The notes under the pieces: model-generated
Seen by the model: only the letters and a program-made list of their open reading frames with translations
Database searches by the model: none
Told to the model about the DNA's origin: nothing
Program-made: the position numbers and the translations under genes
Source of the DNA: Clostridia bacterium
GTDB taxonomy: Bacteria > Bacillota > Clostridia > Oscillospirales > SIG627
Reading direction: 5' to 3'
NCBI GenBank assembly: GCA_017439965.1
Contig: JAFSID010000078.1
Span: 652 to 64,651, forward strand
Length of the DNA stretch: 64,000 nucleotides
In this document: positions 38,016-44,978 of the stretch, piece after piece
How the letters are laid out: each line of letters begins with the position of its first letter
Position numbering within the stretch: position 1 is the stretch's first letter

Positions 38016-38491
38016 AGGGGTACGTTATAGCAATATTAACCGTCTCGGTAATAAGCGGTTTCGTTCGGGTTGTGTCTCCGAAGACTCAAGACGTCTCTCT
38101 TGCTGTAAAGCTCGTGATTATTTGCATAATTCTTTCACCGCTTATACAGCTTGTAGGAAATACTGATACGGTAAGTGATATACTTGTCATAAAAGAAGAT
38201 TTTGAGCATAGTATTACTAACGAGGAAGCCGATGTCAATTGGAGAAGGTGGGTTGCAGAAGCAACGGCAAATCAACTGTCTGATGAAATAAGCAAAAGGC
38301 TTGAGGAGGTATACCGTATAGAAGCTCAAGTAATAGTACCGTGGAGAGAGGAGGAGGGCGGAATAGTGTTCGACAAGATTTTGGTATACGCAAACGTTGA
38401 TGAGGCAAAAAGAGAAAAAATTGAAAGCTGGATAAGTCTTCATTATTCTCTGGACTCGGTATGTGTTAACGGAGAGAGCGGTGACGGATAA
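38012..38491 (+). CDS. spoIIIAF: Stage III sporulation protein AF
   Basis: ATG 38012 overlaps the spoIIIAE stop (ATGA). Two N-terminal TM helices. Confidence 0.7.
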   Translation: MKGYVIAILTVSVISGFVRVVSPKTQDVSLAVKLVIICIILSPLIQLVGNTDTVSDILVIKEDFEHSITNEEADVNWRRWVAEATANQLSDEISKRLEEVYRIEAQVIVPWREEEGGIVFDKILVYANVDEAKREKIESWISLHYSLDSVCVNGESGDG

Positions 38492-38972
38492 AATAAAAAG
38501 TAAATCAAACTATATAGTACTTGCCGCTTTGCTTGTTATCGGACTTTTTATGGTTTTGTTTTCACCTAAGCAAGCCGAAGAAAAACACGTGGAGCAGACG
38601 GTAAGCTTTAGCGAAAATGAATATGAAAGGGAGCTTGAAGTAAGACTGAAATCGCTTATCGAACAGATAGACGGTGTCGGGACTGTTTCGGTTATGATCA
38701 CCCTTGAGGGCTCGGTCGTTTATTCGTATGCTCAGGACATTACCGAAAACGTAGGCAGTGACGGAGAAGTGAAAAGAGAATCTAATATCGTTCTGTCAGC
38801 TAAAGGAACGAGCGTAAAGGAGGCTGTCGTTTCAGGCTACACCTTGCCAAAGGTAAAGGGCGCGGCAGTTGTGTGTAAAAATAAGCTGAGCGCGACTTTA
38901 CTTGAAAAGGTGATCGGTACCGTTTCCGCATCGCTTGGTATTTCAACAGATAAAATATACGTAACAAATTAG
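38463..38972 (+). CDS. spoIIIAG: Stage III sporulation protein AG
   Basis: N-terminal TM helix and ring-forming C-terminal block VSVMITLEGS..KGAAVVC. Confidence 0.75.
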   Translation: MLTERAVTDKIKSKSNYIVLAALLVIGLFMVLFSPKQAEEKHVEQTVSFSENEYERELEVRLKSLIEQIDGVGTVSVMITLEGSVVYSYAQDITENVGSDGEVKRESNIVLSAKGTSVKEAVVSGYTLPKVKGAAVVCKNKLSATLLEKVIGTVSASLGISTDKIYVTN

Positions 38973-38988
38973 AATTGGAGGATTAGCT

Positions 38989-39747
38989 ATGAACAAACTT
39001 GAAAAAATCAGAAACACTTCGGGGGAGCTCATTGAACGGGAAGACGTTGAGAGGGAAGTGCCCGAGGAAGAAGTAACCGAGGAAAGTAAAAAGACGTTTT
39101 CTTTCTTCAAGCTTTGGAGAAAGTGTCAGGATGAGGGTGAAAACGAAGACGTGGAATTTGTGAATGAAGAAGAGCTTGTTGAGGATAGAAGTCCCACTGC
39201 TTTTAGACTTTTGAATAAGAAAACAACTGTTCTTGCCGCTTGTATTCTTGTGATTGGTGTTGCAGGCTTCCTTAACGTAAGATATTCAAATCCCGCAGAA
39301 ACCATACCTCCGGTTGAAAAGGTGGATGATATAGGGATTGCGTCAAGCTCGGTCGATGAGAGCGACGGTGAAATTGTAAACGTTGAAAATAACGATGATT
39401 ATTTTGCGCTTGCCGTTATTAACCGCGAAAGAGTGAGGGACGAGGCAATCGAAATGCTCAAGGACGTTGCGGGCTCTGACTCAACCGATGTTTCTGCAAA
39501 GAACGAGGCTTACGTTGAGATGACCAGAATGGCAAACGAAATTGCTAATGAAGCAAATATCGAAAGTCTTGTCAAGGCAAAGGGCTTCACCGAATGTGTT
39601 GCTGTAATCAGCAACGATACGGCAAACGTTATCGTAGAATCCGATGGGCTTACAATAAACGAGGTTGCTCAGATAAAAGAAATTGTTTATCTTGAATGTG
39701 GCGTTCTTCCCGATAATATCAAAATTATTGAAAAGAGCGAGGTCTGA
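38989..39747 (+). CDS. spoIIIAH: Stage III sporulation protein AH
   Basis: Acidic N-terminal region, one TM helix, C-terminal SpoIIIAH-like block FALAVINRER..; last gene of the cluster. Confidence 0.75.
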   Translation: MNKLEKIRNTSGELIEREDVEREVPEEEVTEESKKTFSFFKLWRKCQDEGENEDVEFVNEEELVEDRSPTAFRLLNKKTTVLAACILVIGVAGFLNVRYSNPAETIPPVEKVDDIGIASSSVDESDGEIVNVENNDDYFALAVINRERVRDEAIEMLKDVAGSDSTDVSAKNEAYVEMTRMANEIANEANIESLVKAKGFTECVAVISNDTANVIVESDGLTINEVAQIKEIVYLECGVLPDNIKIIEKSEV

Positions 39748-39756
39748 AAGCATAAG

Positions 39757-39785
39757 GTGTCAATCACGGGATTGACACTTTTTTG
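39757..39785 (+). terminator. Intrinsic terminator after spoIIIAH
   Basis: GGTGTCAATC-ACGG-GATTGACAC followed by a T run. Confidence 0.8.
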
Positions 39786-39804
39786 TTTTTATGAATGTAA
39801 CCCC

Positions 39805-39833
39805 TTGACAAATTGGTCAAAAACATATAAAAT
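39805..39833 (+). promoter_or_regulatory. Sigma-A consensus promoter for tRNA-Arg
   Basis: TTGACA, 17 nt, TAAAAT, ending 11 nt before the tRNA 5-prime end. Confidence 0.6.
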
Positions 39834-39844
39834 TATATGCACAC

Positions 39845-39919
39845 GCCTGCATAGTTAAATGGATATAATAAACCCCTCCTAAGGGTTAGTTACAGGTTCG
39901 ATTCCTGTTGCGGGTGCCA
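39845..39919 (+). tRNA. tRNA-Arg (anticodon CCU)
   Basis: Hand-folded cloverleaf. Acceptor GCCTGCA/TGCGGGT, D-arm GTTA-AATGGATA-TAAT, anticodon arm AACCC-CTCCTAA-GGGTT, T-arm ACAGG-TTCGATT-CCTGT, encoded CCA. Confidence 0.85.
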
Positions 39920-39956
39920 AAAAATCCAAGTCCTTTTTGGGACTTGGATTTTTTTA
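39920..39956 (+). terminator. Intrinsic terminator after tRNA-Arg
   Basis: AAAAAA-TCCAAGTCC-TTTTTG-GGACTTGGA-TTTTTTT. Confidence 0.8.
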
Positions 39957-40181
39957 TCCAAGCCGACAGGCTTGGTATATCATCAGCACGATAGGGCTGT
40001 ATATCATTACCGCACAAGTGCGGCGTATATCATCACACCGTAGGTGTGCATAAAAAACTGTCGGCTTGATGATATACAAAACTAAAGTTTTGATGATATG
40101 CAATTCCTGCGGAATTGATGATATACAACGGCTATGCCGTTGATTTATTCCCGCTTTTATGCTATAATACATCCAAGGCGG
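39956..40181. repeat. Inverted double array of the 11-mer GTATATCATCA with interleaved variable hairpins, bounded by ATCCAAG
   Basis: Forward copies at 39975, 39999 and 40025. Reverse copies at 40067, 40091 and 40116, plus a degenerate copy at 40140. The hairpins differ in sequence. See findings. Confidence 0.75.
40140..40168 (+). promoter_or_regulatory. Sigma-A consensus promoter facing the ASCH gene
   Basis: TTGATT, 17 nt, TATAAT with extended -10 TGC. Confidence 0.55.
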
Positions 40182-40188
40182 TGATTTT

Positions 40189-40299
40189 GTGGAATTTTTG
40201 TTTGATATTTTAGTTGAAGCATTTTTTGAAATCTTTTGTGAGGGATTTATCGCTCTTTGCTCTGCTTTTACATGCTACGGCGTGCTTTTTGCTTATTAA
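40189..40299 (+). CDS. Possible 36-aa hydrophobic leader peptide
   Basis: GTG 7 nt after AAGGCGG. Translation is (M)EFLFDILVEAFFEIFCEGFIALCSAFTCYGVLFAY. The stop lies 13 nt before the ASCH ATG. Below the ORF-track cutoff. Confidence 0.25.
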   Translation: MEFLFDILVEAFFEIFCEGFIALCSAFTCYGVLFAY

Positions 40300-40312
40300 G
40301 AGGTTTTAAAGC

Positions 40313-40657
40313 ATGAAACACAAAATGAATTTGATAAAAGAGCCGTTTGATAAAATTGCAAGCGGTCAAAAAACAATCGAATTGAGGCTGTACGACGAAA
40401 AGAGACGTGCTGTTGGTGTTGGTGACGTTATTACCTTTGTATGTACCGAGGATTCAAGGCAAATAAGCACAAGGGTTGTTGCTCTTTATGTGTTTGACAG
40501 CTTTGAAGAGCTTTATAAAAATCTACCGCTTGATAGGTGTGGCTATTCATCTGACGAAATAACTTCTGCACATTGGAGTGATATGGGAAAGTATTATTCC
40601 GAGGAGGAGATGAAAAAATACGGAGTCGTCGGTATCGAGCTTGCATTAATCAAATAA
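40313..40657 (+). CDS. ASCH domain protein
   Basis: 114 aa. KEPFDKIASGQKTIELRLYDEKRR is typical of the ASC-1 homology/PUA-like fold. Confidence 0.7.
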   Translation: MKHKMNLIKEPFDKIASGQKTIELRLYDEKRRAVGVGDVITFVCTEDSRQISTRVVALYVFDSFEELYKNLPLDRCGYSSDEITSAHWSDMGKYYSEEEMKKYGVVGIELALIK

Positions 40658-40670
40658 GTATATCAAAAAA

Positions 40671-40704
40671 TAATCTCCATCATCAAGATGGAGATTAATT
40701 TTTG
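40671..40704 (+). terminator. Intrinsic terminator after the ASCH gene
   Basis: TAATCTCCATC-ATCAA-GATGGAGATTA followed by ATTTTTG. Confidence 0.75.
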
Positions 40705-40807
40705 ATAACACAGGAAATTGCATCGCAATTGCATATTTAAGAAAGTCTGACTCTTAAAAAATGTGCGTCAAGCGAGCATCACAATCTGTTGCCGAAGGTG
40801 GCTTTTT
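40699..40807. other. Conserved noncoding element, copy B (first copy at 1333-1449)
   Basis: Same orientation and block order as copy A. Its 3-prime end overlaps the stop codon of the minus-strand CE2-like gene. Confidence 0.6.
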
Positions 40808-41804
40808 ATAATATACGCTTTATAAATCTTGCAAGCTTTTTAGAAACGCGTATTGATGCATTTACGTTAGGATGACCAACGGCACCAACCTCGTTCTTTT
40901 CTCTTGAAATCTTTTCAATCGGTAAGAAGTATACGTTTTTGTCACCGTCGCGCTGTCTTTCCTGGATAACGTTTTTGAGGGTGGGCAAAAACTTTGAATT
41001 CATCATTCCGTACATCCAGATTATCTTTGCATCGGGATAAGCTGCACGAACTTTGTCAAGCAATATGTTTGCTTCTCTTTGCATTTCCTCGTGTGTAGTT
41101 TCACCGGGTTCATCGTTTGTTCCGCAATTTAAAACCATAACGTCGGGAATCCAGGTTGAGTGATCGTAGCCGAGTGCATTTCTGACACTCATATCGAACA
41201 TAGATTTAAATTGAATACCTTCAGCCTTTCCGCAGCTTCTCCATACTCCTTGTCCACCGATAGCTTCGGTGCGGATATCTGCCTTCAAAAGCTCGGCGGT
41301 CATATAAGCGTAGGATTTGGTACTGTCCTGCTCAAAGGTATTAAAGGTGTCTTGCGTTCCGATGGCACAAACACCCCATCCGGTAGTTATTGAATCGCCG
41401 AGAAATTCAATGCGAAGCTTTTTGTCGGGGTCAGGGGAGAGAGGGTGGGGGGATTTTCCATAGACGGTTGCATCGATGAATCTTAAGTAGATTTCACCTT
41501 CGGAAATTCTTAATACCTTTACGCTGTGGCTTGTATCCTTTTCACAATCGATAAGAATTCTTGGTGTCTTTCCAACAAGGGCGAAGCGTTGAGCCTTGCC
41601 GTCAACGAAGACCTTGACGTAAACGGGAGCATCGCATATGTAGTCGGCAAAAGAAAGAACGATTCTTTCGCCGATGAAGTTAAAGCTGAAACCACTGTTA
41701 CTCCAAGAAATTAAGAGTGAATCGTCATTAGGCTGAACCCTGCCAATGCGTTTAATGGCTTGAGTATCATCAAAAGTAAGGTTGAAAAAATTAGTATTAA
41801 ACAT
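40806..41804 (-). CDS. CE2-like SGNH acetyl esterase
   Basis: N-terminal beta-sandwich region, then GDS block FLGDSITTGWG and C-terminal GHPN. No signal peptide. Confidence 0.65.
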   Translation of the reverse strand: MFNTNFFNLTFDDTQAIKRIGRVQPNDDSLLISWSNSGFSFNFIGERIVLSFADYICDAPVYVKVFVDGKAQRFALVGKTPRILIDCEKDTSHSVKVLRISEGEIYLRFIDATVYGKSPHPLSPDPDKKLRIEFLGDSITTGWGVCAIGTQDTFNTFEQDSTKSYAYMTAELLKADIRTEAIGGQGVWRSCGKAEGIQFKSMFDMSVRNALGYDHSTWIPDVMVLNCGTNDEPGETTHEEMQREANILLDKVRAAYPDAKIIWMYGMMNSKFLPTLKNVIQERQRDGDKNVYFLPIEKISREKNEVGAVGHPNVNASIRVSKKLARFIKRIL

Positions 41805-41824
41805 ATTTTACCTCATAATAGAAT

Positions 41825-41847
41825 GCCCATAGGTTAAACCTATGGGC
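41825..41847 (-). terminator. Hairpin after oadG
   Basis: GCCCATAGG-TTAAA-CCTATGGGC; the T tract is poor. Confidence 0.4.
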
Positions 41848-41854
41848 CTGTTAT

Positions 41855-42172
41855 TTATACCTTCTTTATAGAAAGAATTCTGATAGCGGAAACGTCCTTG
41901 CCGAGATTTTCTGCAACAGCGGCGGAGATAGCAGCTACAACCTCGCCTCTGTTTTCGATAGAAGCGCTTACGGTAGCAGGAGCATTTGCGGTCTTGGTAA
42001 CGACGGGTGCTTTTGTTTCTTCAGCCTTAGTGGTTGAACCAACGATCCAGCCGAGAACCTTGCACATAAAAATTATAACGATAAGACCAAGAAATACAAT
42101 TCCTACTCCCAGCAAAACTACTGTTAAAATGGAAGGTGTTGTAGAATCGAGTAAATACATATTATCCTCCAA
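41855..42172 (-). CDS. oadG: OadG-family decarboxylase gamma subunit
   Basis: One N-terminal TM helix, Ala/Thr-rich linker, C-terminal AAISAAVAENLG..IRILSIKK. Confidence 0.7.
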   Translation of the reverse strand: MEDNMYLLDSTTPSILTVVLLGVGIVFLGLIVIIFMCKVLGWIVGSTTKAEETKAPVVTKTANAPATVSASIENRGEVVAAISAAVAENLGKDVSAIRILSIKKV

Positions 42173-42307
42173 AATGATTAATTATCAATATTTGGTATAA
42201 TACTATCACGCAATGCGTAAAGATTGGATATTAAGTTCAGCCTATTGTATAAAGATTTCGCTAAGATTCAATGTTATATTTGTCGATAATTATCACACGA
42301 CATAAAA

Positions 42308-42327
42308 TGTTTATACTTTGTTTATAC
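42308..42327. promoter_or_regulatory. Tandem direct repeat TGTTTATAC x2 at 11-bp period
   Basis: Copies at 42308-42316 and 42319-42327, between the response-regulator 3-prime end and the oadG start. Confidence 0.35.
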
Positions 42328-42425
42328 AAATCAAAAATTGCAAACCCATTTTTTACACAAGGCTTGGTATAATATGAGCAAATGATAAAATGCGGAAATA
42401 TGGTTGTTTTATAGATTTAGGCTCT

Positions 42426-43124
42426 TTATGAAAAATCTGTGAAACGGTATCCGACACCTACCTCTGTGAATATGTATTGAGGCTTTGATGTGTCTTTTTC
42501 AAGCTTTCTTCTGAGACTTGCGGTACATACTCTTATGCTTTTTGCATCACCAGTTTCCCCGTAGTCCCAAACCTCCTTGGCAATCTGTCTGTGAGTAATT
42601 ACCTTTCCCGCGTTTGAAGCAAGAAGAACAAGAAGCTTATATTCCATTGGTGTGAAATGTATTTCTTTCCCCTCAAGTGTCACCCGTCTCTTTTCGGTGT
42701 CTATTTCAAGGTCGGGGAAGGTGAACACTTTGTTTTCTGCCATAGCCAGCTCTTTTGGAATATATCTTTCAAGAACGCGTATTCTTGCAAGAACCTCTCC
42801 CATTGAAAACGGCTTCATTATATAATCGTTTGCTCCTTTGTCAAGACACTGTATTTTATCGTGCTCTATGTTTCTTGTGGATATTACTGCGATCGGTATT
42901 TGAGACACTTCTCTTATTTGTTCTATAACGTTTATGCCGTCTGAATCCGGAAGATCGATATCCATTATTATTACATCGGGATTGCCCGTGCAAAACGCTA
43001 ATATTCCCGATTTACCGTTTGAGCTGCTTGTGACCTTGTAGCCTTGTGCTTTAAGTGCCATCGAAATGAAGTTGACGATTTTGTTGTCACTGTCGATAAT
43101 CAAAATGTGATTTTTCTTAATCAT
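42426..43124 (-). CDS. OmpR/PhoB-family response regulator with no adjacent kinase
   Basis: Receiver domain (DSD, MDIDLPD, KPF) plus winged-helix block LTPMEYKLL..GVGYRF. Confidence 0.9.
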   Translation of the reverse strand: MIKKNHILIIDSDNKIVNFISMALKAQGYKVTSSSNGKSGILAFCTGNPDVIIMDIDLPDSDGINVIEQIREVSQIPIAVISTRNIEHDKIQCLDKGANDYIMKPFSMGEVLARIRVLERYIPKELAMAENKVFTFPDLEIDTEKRRVTLEGKEIHFTPMEYKLLVLLASNAGKVITHRQIAKEVWDYGETGDAKSIRVCTASLRRKLEKDTSKPQYIFTEVGVGYRFTDFS

Positions 43125-43198
43125 TTTAATCTCCTTTATTCTTTTTTTATCTTGTTTAAACTAATTTTATCATATTTTTATATTTATTACAAGTCTTT

Positions 43199-43215
43199 TT
43201 GCTGTAATTTACAGC
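43199..43215. promoter_or_regulatory. Perfect 17-bp palindrome overlapping the putative oad -35
   Basis: TGCTGTAA-T-TTACAGCA. Confidence 0.4.
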
Positions 43216-43236
43216 ATTAAATATTAAAGTATTAAA
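43208..43236 (+). promoter_or_regulatory. Putative promoter of the decarboxylase operon
   Basis: TTACAG, 17 nt, TTAAAT. Confidence 0.3.
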
Positions 43237-43256
43237 TTTAAGTGAGGTATAAACTT

Positions 43257-43625
43257 ATGAAAAACTATCGCGTAATCGTAAACGGAACCACCTACGAGGT
43301 TGCTCTTGAGGAGATTGATGCTTCTCAGGTTAAGGAAGCTCCCGTTCAGACTGCTGCACCTGCAGTTAAGGCTGAAGCACCCGCTCAGGCTGCTGTATCC
43401 GCACCCGCAGGCGGTGAAAGCGTAACCGCTCCCATGCCCGGTACAATTCTCAGCGTAAACGTTACCGCAGGTAAGGCTGTAAAGGCAGGAGAGATTCTCT
43501 TTGTTCTTGAGGCTATGAAGATGGAAAACGAAATCGTTGCTCCTTGTGACGGTACCGTGGGTCAGGTTGCAGTAGCTAACGGTCAGAGCGTTGACACAGG
43601 TGCACTCCTTTGCACTATTGCATAA
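43257..43625 (+). CDS. Biotin carboxyl carrier subunit of the Na+-translocating decarboxylase
   Basis: Biotinylation motif EAMKMENEI and Ala/Pro linker. ATG 43257 sits 9 nt after GAGG. Confidence 0.85.
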   Translation: MKNYRVIVNGTTYEVALEEIDASQVKEAPVQTAAPAVKAEAPAQAAVSAPAGGESVTAPMPGTILSVNVTAGKAVKAGEILFVLEAMKMENEIVAPCDGTVGQVAVANGQSVDTGALLCTIA

Positions 43626-43640
43626 CGACGGAGGTCTCAA

Positions 43641-44960
43641 ATGGACGCTATAATCAATTTTTGGCACGATACGGGCTTTAATTTGCTATCACAAAACTGG
43701 CTCAACCTTGTTATGATTTTGGTGGCGCTTTTCCTCTCGTATCTTGCTATTGTTAAAAAATTTGAGCCTATGCTTCTTTTGCCGATTGCCTTCGGTATGA
43801 TGCTTACAAACCTTCCGGGTGCGGATATGTTCCACGAAATTCTCTTCGCGGGCGGACACGTTCATTGGGAGCTTTTCGGAGGCGGAGAGGTAACAGTTGA
43901 ATTTCTTGATAATCTCAAGGCAGCAAACGTAAACCTTGACATTCTCCAGCCCTATTATGATGCAATCAAGGATGCTGATATGGCTGCTGTAAAGTCTCTT
44001 CTCGATACAGGTGTGCTTACAAGACCCGCAGTAACTGTTTCCGCTGGTCTTCTTGACTACCTCTACCTCGGTGTTAAGCTTGGTATCTATCCTTGTCTTA
44101 TCTTTATGGGCGTTGGTGCTATGACCGACTTCGGTCCCCTTATCTCTAACCCCAAGAGCCTTCTTCTCGGTGCTGCTGCACAGTTTGGCATTTTCGCTAC
44201 TTATACCGGTGCGTCTCTTCTCGGCTTTGATCCTCTTGAGGCTTCCTCAATAGGTATTATCGGTGGTGCAGACGGTCCTACTGCAATCTTCGTCACCTCG
44301 AAGCTTGCTCCCCATCTCCTTGGTCCGATAGCGGTTGCCGCATATTCCTACATGGCTCTCGTTCCCGTCATTCAGCCTCCCATTATGAAGCTTCTTACCA
44401 CAAAGAAGGAGCGAATGATAGTAATGAAGGAGCTTCGTCCCGTTTCCAAGAAGGAAAAGATTCTCTTTCCGTTTATGGTTACCATCGTTGTTGCGATGAT
44501 CGTTCCTTCCGCCGCTCCTCTTATCGGATGTCTTATGCTTGGTAACATCTTCCGTGAGACAGGCGTTGTTGAAAGACTTAATAAGACCGCTCAGAACGAG
44601 CTTATGAATATTGTAACCATATTCCTTGGTGTAACAGTAGGTGCCACTGCAACCTCCTCGACCTTCCTTTCGCTTGATACCATTAAGATTATCGTTCTCG
44701 GTGTTGTTGCATTCGGTCTCGGTACTGCAGGCGGTGTTCTTCTTGCTAAGTTTATGAACCTGTTCCTCAAGAACAAGATCAATCCTCTTATCGGCTCCGC
44801 GGGTGTTTCCGCAGTTCCTATGGCAGCGCGTGTTTCTCAGACTGTAGGTCAGAAGGAGAACCCCAAGAACTTCCTTCTTATGCACGCTATGGGTCCCAAC
44901 GTTGCGGGTGTTATAGGCTCCGCTATTGCCGCAGGTGTACTTATTGCTCTGTTCGGCTGA
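43641..44960 (+). CDS. oadB: Sodium ion-translocating decarboxylase beta subunit
   Basis: 439-aa polytopic membrane protein; OadB/GcdB/MmdB family blocks [10 protein letters not shown] and [14 protein letters not shown]. Confidence 0.85.
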   Translation: MDAIINFWHDTGFNLLSQNWLNLVMILVALFLSYLAIVKKFEPMLLLPIAFGMMLTNLPGADMFHEILFAGGHVHWELFGGGEVTVEFLDNLKAANVNLDILQPYYDAIKDADMAAVKSLLDTGVLTRPAVTVSAGLLDYLYLGVKLGIYPCLIFMGVGAMTDFGPLISNPKSLLLGAAAQFGIFATYTGASLLGFDPLEASSIGIIGGADGPTAIFVTSKLAPHLLGPIAVAAYSYMALVPVIQPPIMKLLTTKKERMIVMKELRPVSKKEKILFPFMVTIVVAMIVPSAAPLIGCLMLGNIFRETGVVERLNKTAQNELMNIVTIFLGVTVGATATSSTFLSLDTIKIIVLGVVAFGLGTAGGVLLAKFMNLFLKNKINPLIGSAGVSAVPMAARVSQTVGQKENPKNFLLMHAMGPNVAGVIGSAIAAGVLIALFG

Positions 44961-44978
44961 TAATGAAAGGAATATAAT

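Noticed and set aside
40067-40126. UGAUGA within the 11-mer as C-box/kink-turn motifs of a C/D-like RNA
   Set aside because: There is no partnering CUGA D box in the expected geometry, and the hexamer alone is too short. I noted it only as a curiosity.
39958-40150. Possible CRISPR array or type III antitoxin repeat array
   Set aside because: The conserved unit is only 11 nt and the variable parts are 13-15 nt self-complementary hairpins. The copies switch orientation midway, and no cas or toxin gene is adjacent. The pattern is the inverse of a CRISPR array.
39954-40172. 72-aa minus-strand ORF from the ORF track
   Set aside because: It runs exactly through the repeat array, and the 11-mer is read in different frames in successive copies (LMIY, VMIY, DDIR, YIIK). 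It has no RBS. It looks like an artefact of the repeats.
39845-40312. Integrated mobile element or prophage remnant at the tRNA-Arg 3-prime end
   Set aside because: There is no integrase, excisionase or transposase anywhere nearby. The only echo of the tRNA 3-prime end is ATTCCTG..CGG at 40103-40112, which is too short to call an att site. The idea is kept only as one hypothesis within the repeat-array finding.
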